DNA of 17,382 nucleotides from Candidatus Heimdallarchaeota archaeon (GTDB lineage: Archaea > Asgardarchaeota > Heimdallarchaeia > Heimdallarchaeales > Heimdallarchaeaceae). The notes beneath the pieces were generated by a model, which saw only the letters and a list, made by a program, of their open reading frames with translations, made no database searches and was not told the origin of the DNA. The stretch lies in the NCBI GenBank assembly GCA_016840095.1, contig JAEOSZ010000068.1, forward strand, positions 1-17,382, read 5' to 3'. The translations under genes were made by a program, and so were the position numbers. Shown one piece after another: positions 1-8,424 of this stretch. The stretch's first letter is position 1. Each line of letters begins with the position of its first letter.

Positions 1-471
1 TGGGCTAGTTCAGGTCATGGAGCAGAAGTAAATATAGGTGGACGACGTAGAAGAGATAGAATATATGTTCAAGTTCTCTGTATGTGGGACACTTCTTCTG
101 GAGAAAATGGTGAAGATGGTTTGATATACGACACAGAATTCAAAGACATGATGGCTCCAGCAGTCAGTAATGTTTTCATTTTCTTAGACCATTGTAACAG
201 TGGTGGAATGGACGAACTAATGCAAAATCCAAATGCAAACAAAATTTACATGGCAACAACATGTACTGCTGATGGATATGGCTATGATGTACCCTCTTAT
301 CTTAATGGAGCCTGGACATATTTCTTCCTTGAATATACTCTTCTAGGTGTTTATGGAGGAACTGCATCATTAGAAGCTACCTTCGATTATGCATTAGCAA
401 ATTATCCTTATGGTGGAGACGACACTCCACAAGAATTTGACGGAGACACTAGTACAGATTTCTATCTTTAG
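1..471 (+). CDS. Caspase-family (clan CD, metacaspase/C14-like) cysteine protease, 5'-truncated at window edge
   Basis: Frame 1 is open from base 1, upstream of the listed ATG at 82: WASSGHGAEVNIGGRRRRDRIYVQVLCMWD... It contains SGHG (catalytic His) and FIFLDHCNSGG (catalytic Cys, DxCxSG type), then NGAWTYFF and the C-terminal PQ motif typical of the family. Confidence 0.85.
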   Translation, partial: WASSGHGAEVNIGGRRRRDRIYVQVLCMWDTSSGENGEDGLIYDTEFKDMMAPAVSNVFIFLDHCNSGGMDELMQNPNANKIYMATTCTADGYGYDVPSYLNGAWTYFFLEYTLLGVYGGTASLEATFDYALANYPYGGDDTPQEFDGDTSTDFYL

Positions 472-502
472 AAGGCAATCTGCCTTTCTCTTTTCTTTTT
501 CT
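471..502 (+). terminator. Short hairpin plus pyrimidine/T tract after the caspase gene
   Basis: GAAGGCA-ATC-TGCCTTT stem (471-487), followed by CTCTTTTCTTTTTCT. Confidence 0.55.
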
Positions 503-530
503 GTAATTTTTCGGATTTTTCGACGATATA

Positions 531-538
531 TTTATATT
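531..538 (+). promoter_or_regulatory. Archaeal TATA box, probably leaderless transcript starting near ATG 561
   Basis: TTTATATT lies ~25-30 nt upstream of the ATG, with no SD-like sequence in between. Confidence 0.5.
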
Positions 539-560
539 TTAATTACGAAAAGTATTACTG

Positions 561-1013
561 ATGAAAAAACTAAGAAAATTTTTGGTAATCTTTATTTTTA
601 GTTTTCTAGCAGTTATGTTACCACTTGTTTCTCAAGCTCAACCTCTGAGAACTGAATCTTTAGAAACTCACTCTGTAGAGATTTTGGATGCCTATTATAT
701 TGAAATGGACATTTTTGCATCACTTAGTGTATCAGTGCAAACTCAAGCAACAACTGAAAATTATTATCTTGAAGTAATTTTAATTAACCCAATAGGTGAT
801 GAAGTTAGTTTTATTCTAAAAATAGTTACAAGAATAGAACATCTTACATTAGATATTGTTTTCTATGATCATGCTACAGTATCTGGTGACTATACAATTA
901 TAGCTACAATTATCTCAAACAACAGATGGTATGCTCATTCAGACATACTAGTTTTTGATCCACCAAGTGGCGGAAGTGAAGGTGACCCATATATAGGAAT
1001 CACAATATATTAG
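561..1013 (+). CDS. Secreted hypothetical protein, probably a single beta-sandwich domain
   Basis: Signal peptide MKKLRKFLVIFIFSFLAVMLPLVSQA, beta-rich body, C-terminus FDPPSGGSEGDPYIGITIY. Confidence 0.75.
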   Translation: MKKLRKFLVIFIFSFLAVMLPLVSQAQPLRTESLETHSVEILDAYYIEMDIFASLSVSVQTQATTENYYLEVILINPIGDEVSFILKIVTRIEHLTLDIVFYDHATVSGDYTIIATIISNNRWYAHSDILVFDPPSGGSEGDPYIGITIY

Positions 1014-1031
1014 GAAGAAGGCACAAACAAG

Positions 1032-2150
1032 ATGAAACCCAATTTCAAGCTTTTACAACATCTGCAGAAACATCCTACAGATAATTTTTCGCAAATAGCT
1101 GAAAAATTGGGTTTATCAGATAAGACAGCAAAAGCCCATTATGATTTTCTTCTGAAAGAAGAATACATTTCAGGTGTAAGGGCGAAGTATATACCTGAGA
1201 GTATTGGTTTAGAAACCCACACTTACATTATCTCTGTTCCTGATATTAAGAAAGTAAGATTACTTGAAGAACTAGCTGATGAACATTATTTCACTACTTT
1301 TAGGAACAGAATACTTGGTCATGTCCAGGGTTTGTTTATGCAATTTGATTTGCCAAAAGATTCAGTTTCATATCTTGATGACCTGATGATTAAACTAGAA
1401 GAATTAAATATTCTAGAAAGGTTTGAAAAACTGCCTTCTACGGGATTGAAACTTTCAACTAGTGTTGAATTTGAAGTGGTAAATGAGGAAACTAATGAAG
1501 TTGATATTGAATTATACAATGAAGAAACTAATGAGTGGAAATGGGATTTCAGTGACTGGGAGAAAAACATTCTAGAAAGTCCAGAGAAGATTTCAGATAA
1601 GGTCAAAACAATAGACAATGTTCAGAGTAAAATCAAAGAACTAGATATTAAGTTGCTAACTGAAATCACAAAGGAATCAAAATATTATCACAAGCAAATA
1701 GATTTTGCCAAGAAATACAAAGTGTCTCCAGTGCAAATAACCAGAAGATTAAATTTCCTTAATACTCAGGTTGTAAACTATCGACTATTATACTCGCGAG
1801 CTAAGATTCAAGCTGTTGATCTAGTAGTTTTCAGAGGAAAATGTGTTGGTCAGGCTAAGAACAGACTTTTCAATCTTATAAAGAGTCATCCTGTACCGTT
1901 TGATTCAGGTTTTGAACTTCTAGAGGATGGATTCATCTGGAGGATAAACATTCCACCAGCATATTCTTCAGCTTTTGGAGAATTCCTATGGAAATCATGT
2001 ACTAGGTTGAATTATTATAAATTTGATCATACAAAGAGCAAATTATACTATTTTTATGAAGGTAATTTTGATATAAACAAGAAAGAGTGGATTGCTACTC
2101 CTGAAATCATCTATGAAAAACCTTTGAAATGGTTAAGAGGTAGAATATAA
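1032..2150 (+). CDS. Double winged-HTH, Lrp/AsnC-like transcriptional regulator
   Basis: N-terminal HTH (NFSQIAEKLGLSDKTAKAHYDFL) and a second HTH (ELDIKLL...QIDFAKKYKVSPVQITRRLNFL), each followed by an alpha/beta segment; 372 aa. Confidence 0.75.
   Translation: MKPNFKLLQHLQKHPTDNFSQIAEKLGLSDKTAKAHYDFLLKEEYISGVRAKYIPESIGLETHTYIISVPDIKKVRLLEELADEHYFTTFRNRILGHVQGLFMQFDLPKDSVSYLDDLMIKLEELNILERFEKLPSTGLKLSTSVEFEVVNEETNEVDIELYNEETNEWKWDFSDWEKNILESPEKISDKVKTIDNVQSKIKELDIKLLTEITKESKYYHKQIDFAKKYKVSPVQITRRLNFLNTQVVNYRLLYSRAKIQAVDLVVFRGKCVGQAKNRLFNLIKSHPVPFDSGFELLEDGFIWRINIPPAYSSAFGEFLWKSCTRLNYYKFDHTKSKLYYFYEGNFDINKKEWIATPEIIYEKPLKWLRGRI
1464..1535 (+). repeat. In-frame 36-bp (12-aa) tandem duplication inside the regulator
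   Basis: gttgaatttgaagtggtaaatgaggaaactaatgaa / gttgatattgaattatacaatgaagaaactaatgag = VEFEVVNEETNE / VDIELYNEETNE. Confidence 0.75.
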
Positions 2151-2172
2151 TTTGAACAAAGTTGGGACAATC

Positions 2173-2180
2173 TTTTATAT
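2173..2180 (+). promoter_or_regulatory. TATA box for the M20 gene
   Basis: TTTTATAT ends 28 nt before ATG 2208. Confidence 0.5.
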
Positions 2181-2207
2181 TGTTATTTTGCTTAAAATTT
2201 GAAGAAG

Positions 2208-3377
2208 ATGAATAAAGAAAGTATTTGCGATGTAATAGATGAAATAAAAGAACAGCTTTTTGCCGTAAGCAAAGAAATCTGGGAAAATCCTGAACTTAAT
2301 TTTGAAGAAATAAAAGCTTCTAAACTACTTGCAAAGCATTTAGAAGAAGCAGGATTCGAGGTTGAATTAGGTGTAGCAGAATTGGAAACAGCTATCAAAG
2401 CTACACATCCAGATAGTAATGAAGGTCCTACTTTAGCAATTTTAGCTGAATATGATGCACTCCCTGAAATAGGTCATGGATGTGGACATAATTTAATTGC
2501 AACAGCTGCTTTAGGAGCAGTTTTAGCTCTAGGAAGATTCAAAAAAGAAATACCAGGGAAGTTGGTTTTTATGGGAACTCCAGCTGAGGAAGGTGGTGGA
2601 GGAAAAATCATCATGATAAAACACGGATTATTCAAAGAGGTAGATGCAGCTATGATGTTTCATCCTTCTGCAACTAAGAATATTGTCCATCGTGGAGGAT
2701 TAGCAATTACAGAGGTGAAAATTGAATTTAAAGGAAAAACAGCTCATGCATCTTCAGAACCTGAGAAAGGAATTAATGCTCTTGACGGGATTCTTCAAAC
2801 ATTTAACGGCATTAATGCATTGAGACAGCACATATCCAGTGATGCAAGGATCCATGGAGTCATAACTCATGGAGGAATAAAACCTAACATTGTTCCAGAT
2901 TATGCATCTGCTTCGTTTTACATAAGAGCTCTCAAAGATGCTTATTGTAATGAATTAGTAAAGAAAGTTGAAAATATAGCAAAAGGAGCTGCATTAATAA
3001 CTGGAGCTGAATTGACTTTTCAAATAGTTGGAAATCCCTACAGATCTCGAAATGTAAACTTCATTCTTGGCGAAGCATGGGCAGAAAACATCAAATCACT
3101 TGGTCTTCCTACTCATAAATTAGAACCTGGAGCGGGTTTAGGATCAAGTGATATTGGAAATGTAAGTCATGAAGTTCCTACAATTCATCCGTATATAGGA
3201 ATTAGTGAAACTGAAATAAACGGACATTCAACAGATTTTGCTAAAGCAGCTATTTCGGAATATGGACAGAATCAGATGTTATTTGCAGCCAAAGGATTAG
3301 CAATGACTGCATTTGACGTTTTCACTAATCCAGAATTAGTTGAGAAAATGAACAAGGAATTTGATAAAGGAGAATAA
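2208..3377 (+). CDS. M20 family amidohydrolase (M20D, Acy1L2/AbgB-like)
   Basis: Motifs PELNFEE, AEYDALP, HGCGHN, GTPAEEGGGGK, MMFHP, GKTAHAS-P-GINAL, GSSDIGNVS. Start placed at ATG 2208 rather than TTG 2199 from TATA spacing. Confidence 0.92.
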   Translation: MNKESICDVIDEIKEQLFAVSKEIWENPELNFEEIKASKLLAKHLEEAGFEVELGVAELETAIKATHPDSNEGPTLAILAEYDALPEIGHGCGHNLIATAALGAVLALGRFKKEIPGKLVFMGTPAEEGGGGKIIMIKHGLFKEVDAAMMFHPSATKNIVHRGGLAITEVKIEFKGKTAHASSEPEKGINALDGILQTFNGINALRQHISSDARIHGVITHGGIKPNIVPDYASASFYIRALKDAYCNELVKKVENIAKGAALITGAELTFQIVGNPYRSRNVNFILGEAWAENIKSLGLPTHKLEPGAGLGSSDIGNVSHEVPTIHPYIGISETEINGHSTDFAKAAISEYGQNQMLFAAKGLAMTAFDVFTNPELVEKMNKEFDKGE

Positions 3378-3493
3378 AACAGTATTTATTAAAGAATCTT
3401 CTTCATTTATGTTCACTTTGATTCTTTTCTAATTAAAACTTATAAGTGCTCAAGAATGCTAGTTTCACTAGAAAATTGATGGTGTAGTGATAC

Positions 3494-4522
3494 ATGAATG
3501 TATCAAAGTCAGCAAGATTGATAGTACTATTTTTATTGATGTCATTATCTTTTTATTCTTTTAGTCATGTTAAGATTACTTCAGTCAAAGGAGAAGATTC
3601 TTCTGGTCCGTTGATTGACATTGAAATTGTAGCTTTTGTTGCACCTGGATCAGATATGAATGAACTTTATTCAATAATCAACTACTTAACAAACTGGGGA
3701 GGACATGTTACTATTGCAGAGATTTCAGGAAGTGCAGTTCCCAATAGCATCCCTATGACAGAAGTCAGTGTTTCTAACTATGATGTCTTATTGATTCCTG
3801 GAGGTGATGGACCAGCAGAATTAATTCAAAGTCAACTAGTACTTGATTTAGTAAATGAAGCTCAGTCTCTAAATCTTGTTCTTGCAGCTATTTGTCATGG
3901 TCCTTTAGTTTTAGCAGAAGCTGATGTTATTAATGGTACTACTGTAACTGGATATTGGGAAATAGAGGAAAATCTCATCAATGCTGGAGCTATTTATATA
4001 AATACTGATGTAATTGTTGATGGAAATATTGTTACAGCTAATTGGCCTTATTTCTTAGAATTATCAATAGGAATCGTTCAAGCATTAGGACGCTATGTGG
4101 AGAATTGTCCCAAAATAATAAGTACGTATTTCAGTTACGAGTTTACAGTGGAAGGTTTGTTGTATTCATTTTTTGCTGAATTATCAAATTCATCATGGAT
4201 TGAAGAAGTTAAGATTTACATCTATAAGGTAGAGAATGAGATAGAGAAGGATCACATATCAACAAGAATTCTTGATGATGCAAATTTAGATGGAATTTAC
4301 AATTGCAATTATAATTTTGTAACGAATGGTAACTATTCCATTGACATATTTATTAAAGATATATTCCTCAATAATGAATATACACAGAATGTTATTGAAT
4401 TAGAAATAACTACAGTTAATAATACAGAGATTCCTACTGAAAGAAGCTCCAATAATTTGTTGGGAATTATTATTTCGCTATTCTACACTTCTTGTATTCT
4501 AATTAGAAAAAGAAAAAACTGA
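3494..4522 (+). CDS. Secreted, membrane-anchored DJ-1/PfpI family protein with Ig-like C-terminal domain
   Basis: Signal peptide; YDVLLIPGG, AAICHGP (nucleophile Cys-His) and VIVDGNIVTA motifs; beta domain; C-terminal hydrophobic helix plus RKRKN tail. Confidence 0.85.
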   Translation: MNVSKSARLIVLFLLMSLSFYSFSHVKITSVKGEDSSGPLIDIEIVAFVAPGSDMNELYSIINYLTNWGGHVTIAEISGSAVPNSIPMTEVSVSNYDVLLIPGGDGPAELIQSQLVLDLVNEAQSLNLVLAAICHGPLVLAEADVINGTTVTGYWEIEENLINAGAIYINTDVIVDGNIVTANWPYFLELSIGIVQALGRYVENCPKIISTYFSYEFTVEGLLYSFFAELSNSSWIEEVKIYIYKVENEIEKDHISTRILDDANLDGIYNCNYNFVTNGNYSIDIFIKDIFLNNEYTQNVIELEITTVNNTEIPTERSSNNLLGIIISLFYTSCILIRKRKN

Positions 4523-4599
4523 ACTATATAGATCTATTTTTCCTTATTCATCTTCCTTCAAATAACATTATTAATAGGGAATGTAATAGATTGAGTTGT

Positions 4600-5898
4600 A
4601 TGAAGGTATCTAAAGATAATGTCCGATACTTGGTCTTTGAAGGTGGAGGGGGAAAGGGTATAACCTACTTAGGTGCACATCAAGCTCTACACGAATTAGG
4701 CATCCTTTCGTATCATAAGAGGACCATTAATGGTAAACTAGTTTATCGATTAGAACCAGGAAAACTATTAGGTGTTTCAGGAACTTCTGTAGGTTCTATT
4801 ACAGCTGTTCTTGTTGCTTGTGGATATACTCCTGAACAAACTAAGGATATTGTTACTAGTGATTTCAAAGATAGACTACTAGATACTGTAGAATTTGATA
4901 AGATTCCAACTATTTACACAGAGGATAATCCAGAAGCTATAATCGACAATCCGGCTATTGAGCGAGACCAACTTCTGCTGGATAAGTATATGAAATCTTT
5001 TGTTGACTCTGAGAAAAAGACATTCGGGGATCTAATTAAAATTCCAAGTAAAGCCTTTACTGAGTTGAACTTCAAATTTTTAGCTACTCTTTTCAAATGG
5101 TATCTCCAATTTGAAGCTAGAAGAACTGATGCTGATGATATCCACAAGCATGAGTTTATTCAAACAGTTCCAGAATTAGTTCATAATAAAACCACAAAAC
5201 AAGCAATTGAAATGATTCTTGATAATCCTGCAGATAGTATTAGCAGTTTAAAATATGAATATGGTTTCTTTCTAGCTGCAGAGTTCAGAGAATTAGTTGA
5301 CAAATATATAGAGAAAAAATCTGGTATCAGAAACTGCACTTTCAAGCAATTTCAAGAAGAATTTGATATAGATCTTGTGATTACTGGATTCGATGTAGCA
5401 GCTAATGAAACTTACTATTTCAGGAATAATGAAAAATGGAAAGATCTTTGTGTTGCTGATGCTGTAAGAATGTCCGTTAGTATCCCGATAATCTTCAAAC
5501 CTGTCTACATGTGTGTATCGAATAATAAATTCAAATCAATCTGTGCTTCTAAAGAACCAGTCAGCTACATTGTCGATGGAGGTTTAGGAGATGCTTTTCC
5601 ATTTCATGTTTTTGATGAACCTAACTCTCTCGAACTGAATTCTCAAGTTCTAGGTTTTAATCTAGAATTTGCTAGACCCTTTACTGAAGGAGATACGACC
5701 TTCTTTGGTTTTCTTGAAAACATGTTTTTAGCTTTACTCAAAATGAACACAGAAGCTCAAATAAGGAATGAAATAGAAAGAGAACAAGTTATAGAACTTG
5801 ATTCTAAAGCTATCAAAGTATTAGATTTCGAATTCGAAGAATTTCCAGAGGAAATTATAAGAGAAGCAAAAAGAAAAACAATGGAATATTTCACCTAG
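4600..5898 (+). CDS. Patatin-like phospholipase
   Basis: LVFEGGGGKG (oxyanion loop), GTSVG (catalytic Ser), AVRMSVSIP, VDGG (catalytic Asp). ATG 4600 preferred over TTG 4591 because a TATA-like TTATTAAT lies at 4568-4575. Confidence 0.9.
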   Translation: MKVSKDNVRYLVFEGGGGKGITYLGAHQALHELGILSYHKRTINGKLVYRLEPGKLLGVSGTSVGSITAVLVACGYTPEQTKDIVTSDFKDRLLDTVEFDKIPTIYTEDNPEAIIDNPAIERDQLLLDKYMKSFVDSEKKTFGDLIKIPSKAFTELNFKFLATLFKWYLQFEARRTDADDIHKHEFIQTVPELVHNKTTKQAIEMILDNPADSISSLKYEYGFFLAAEFRELVDKYIEKKSGIRNCTFKQFQEEFDIDLVITGFDVAANETYYFRNNEKWKDLCVADAVRMSVSIPIIFKPVYMCVSNNKFKSICASKEPVSYIVDGGLGDAFPFHVFDEPNSLELNSQVLGFNLEFARPFTEGDTTFFGFLENMFLALLKMNTEAQIRNEIEREQVIELDSKAIKVLDFEFEEFPEEIIREAKRKTMEYFT

Positions 5899-5939
5899 TT
5901 CCTTTAAGTTTTACATTTTTGGTAAAAACATACTCTTAA

Positions 5940-6065
5940 AACAATAAAATTACTGATGTACTTCTAGAGAGATTGCATTTGGAACAATTTAGATTTAAAA
6001 TTGAAATCATAAGATTCAAAAAATTTGCAGAAAGAGATTATGTTAAGAAAAGGTGGGTAAAGTGA
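5940..6065 (+). pseudogene. Probable 3' remnant of an upstream SRPBCC paralog
   Basis: Open frame without an ATG, reading ...IEIIRFKKFAERDYVKKRWVK*. Bases 6015-6034 match 6470-6489 (FKEFAES) at 18/20 nt, and the TGA overlaps GTG 6062. Confidence 0.45.
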
Positions 6066-6499
6066 AATATAAAACAGAAGTAGTAATAGATTTACCAAGA
6101 GAAAGAATCATAGAATTATTCGATAATTCAGAAAATTTAAAGAAGTGGCAACCAAGTCTGATAGAATTTAAACATCTTGAAGGAGAAGCAGGGAAAACAG
6201 GAGCTAAAACTCTTTTAATTTATGATGAAAAAGGAAGAAAATCTGAGATGACTGAAACTATCATTAAAAGAGATCTTCCTGATGTGTTCGTTGCCTTATA
6301 TGAAGCAAAAGGTGTTAAGAACATAAATCATAACCATTTTCATATTGAGGATGAGAAAACAACTCGTTGGATTATGACAAATGAATTCAAATTCAGTGGA
6401 TTGATGTCTATTATTGCACTATTTATGAGAAAAGCTTTCCCTAAACAAACTCTAGAATCTATGAACATTTTCAAAGAATTTGCAGAGAGCGCAATGTAA
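6062..6499 (+). CDS. SRPBCC (START/Bet v1-like) family protein
   Basis: MKYKTEVVIDLPRERIIELFDNSENLKKWQP... ending FKEFAES. Start is probably GTG 6062, after the SD-like AGGTGG; the ORF track gives 6053. Confidence 0.85.
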   Translation: MKYKTEVVIDLPRERIIELFDNSENLKKWQPSLIEFKHLEGEAGKTGAKTLLIYDEKGRKSEMTETIIKRDLPDVFVALYEAKGVKNINHNHFHIEDEKTTRWIMTNEFKFSGLMSIIALFMRKAFPKQTLESMNIFKEFAESAM

Positions 6500-6568
6500 G
6501 AAGCATGACACAATTTGTGACCATAACTTGTGATTTATGCTTTTATTATACAGTAAATCCAGTTACAT

Positions 6569-7939
6569 ATGAGCTCTGAAAGATATATACCAACAAAATA
6601 TGACTTCCGAAATTATCTACAATTTTATACAGGTCAAATAATATCAATGTTAGGTTCGAGCATAGTCAGTTTTACTATCATTTGGTATATCACTATCACC
6701 TATTCAAATCCGACTTATCTTTCAATAGCCTATTTCTGTTCAGTGGGAATTCAAGTTTTTGTTCAACCTCTAGGAGGAGTAATTGCTGATAGATTTGATA
6801 GGAAGAAGGTTATTTTCTTCGCAGATACACTAATTGCTGTTGGAACTTTAATGTACATGCTACTCTTTCTATTTGAATCAAAACTAGATCAAATGATGTT
6901 TCTCTATATTATCTTAGCAATTATTTGTTTCAGAGCATTTGTGAGTTCATTTCAATGGCCTGCTACATCTGCAATCATCCCTCTTATGGTCCCCAAAGAA
7001 CAATTATCAAGATTAAATGGTATCAGACATATTAGTTGGGGTGCAATTAATATTGTTGGTCCAGCAATAGGAGCAGTACTCTTTGCAGTATGGCCCTTAA
7101 ACAACATTATTCTGATTGATACTGTTACTTATATTATTGCATTAGTACCTCTCTATCTTTTAAAGATACCAAAAACTGAAAATGACATAAAAAACTCAAA
7201 GCCTAAATCGAAGGGATTTTTTGGTAAAGAATTCAAAGAAGGAATCAAATTTATGTTATCTGTGAAAGGTCTTTTTGCAATGATGCTGGTAGCTACTTTC
7301 ATCAACTTCTTTGAGCAACCTTTATTTGTATTACGACCAATTTTTGTTGAAGCGTTCCACGGAGGAACAGAGAAGAGCTTAGCATGGATTGTGGGTATGG
7401 GGCAAGTGGGTATGTTTGTCTCCGGAACGGTTGTAATTTTCAAAAAAACTTGGAAAAAGAAAACAATGATTCTGATGATAGCTTTATACATCCAAATCGT
7501 TGGGTATCTCATCCATTCCTTAGCTCCACAAGGAAATATCTGGGTACTATGTTTAGGAGCACTAATCATGGGATTCACTTTCCCATTTACAAACACAATG
7601 ATAAATACAATTGCACAGATTCTAGTACCACCTGAGATGATGGGAAGAGTATCATCTATTATGGGAACTATGAGTATGGCATTCATGCCAATAGCGATGA
7701 TAATCTCTGGACCACTAGCAAATGCAATAGGATATGTTCCATTATTTGTTGGGGGTATTATACTAGGAACAATAAGCATAACTGGTTTGTGGATATTCTC
7801 CAAGATGAGACAGATTGATCCTATAGTAGAGGAAATTGAAGATAAAGAGAAAGAAATCAGAAGAATTAAAGATGATATAGTTAAAATTAGAACAGAATTG
7901 GAGGAAGAAAGACATCCTTTACCTGCAATAGCAGACTAA
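6569..7939 (+). CDS. MFS transporter, DHA3/MefA-like efflux type
   Basis: GQIISMLGS, motif A GVIADRFDRKKV, GPAIGAVL, MMGRVSS; about 12 hydrophobic segments; TATA-like TTTTATTA at 6541-6548. Confidence 0.9.
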   Translation: MSSERYIPTKYDFRNYLQFYTGQIISMLGSSIVSFTIIWYITITYSNPTYLSIAYFCSVGIQVFVQPLGGVIADRFDRKKVIFFADTLIAVGTLMYMLLFLFESKLDQMMFLYIILAIICFRAFVSSFQWPATSAIIPLMVPKEQLSRLNGIRHISWGAINIVGPAIGAVLFAVWPLNNIILIDTVTYIIALVPLYLLKIPKTENDIKNSKPKSKGFFGKEFKEGIKFMLSVKGLFAMMLVATFINFFEQPLFVLRPIFVEAFHGGTEKSLAWIVGMGQVGMFVSGTVVIFKKTWKKKTMILMIALYIQIVGYLIHSLAPQGNIWVLCLGALIMGFTFPFTNTMINTIAQILVPPEMMGRVSSIMGTMSMAFMPIAMIISGPLANAIGYVPLFVGGIILGTISITGLWIFSKMRQIDPIVEEIEDKEKEIRRIKDDIVKIRTELEEERHPLPAIAD

Positions 7940-7958
7940 AGGATTTATTCCTACTATT

Positions 7959-8357
7959 CTAGGAACCTGATGGTCCTGCTATTGCAATTCTATTTCCTTC
8001 TGTATCGACTAAGAAAAACATTGCAATCATTCCTGCAAATTCCTCTATACTAGTTGTGTCAACACCTTTACTATCCAGATATGCTTTGGTTTCTTCAAGA
8101 TTAGAAACATTAATAGTAAATGCTGTTTGATTTTCAGCTAAACCATGAACGCTTTCGTTAAGACCAATGAACAATCCATCAAGATGAGTAGTCATCTCTA
8201 CCCACCCCAGTTGCCTTGCTTCAGTATAGCTTACTTTGAAATGAAAGACATCTTCGTAGAATTTTATAGCTCTTTTCATGTCATTCACATGAAGAGTAAC
8301 AAGAGCTGATTTTGGAAAAGAATATTTAATCGGAGAATCATCCTTTTTTTCTGTCAT
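7959..8357 (-). CDS. VOC (glyoxalase/bleomycin-resistance fold) protein
   Basis: VTLHVNDMKRAIKFYEDVF, FTINVSNLEE, FLVDTEGNRI; SD-like AAGTGATT upstream. Confidence 0.88.
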   Translation of the reverse strand: MTEKKDDSPIKYSFPKSALVTLHVNDMKRAIKFYEDVFHFKVSYTEARQLGWVEMTTHLDGLFIGLNESVHGLAENQTAFTINVSNLEETKAYLDSKGVDTTSIEEFAGMIAMFFLVDTEGNRIAIAGPSGS

Positions 8358-8424
8358 TTAATCACTTGTAAATAACTTGAAAATCAATAATTAAAAATGT
8401 TACTTCTAAATAGAAAAAAAATTT

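Noticed and set aside
1-5898. Caspase plus patatin as a CBASS, Avs or gasdermin-type defence system
   Set aside because: No cyclase, STAND NTPase or gasdermin is visible, and the two genes are separated by unrelated genes with their own promoters.
7153-7803. 216-aa antisense ORF, and the 7384..7635 alternative-frame ORF
   Set aside because: Both lie entirely within the well-supported MFS gene and have no motifs; they are shadow ORFs.
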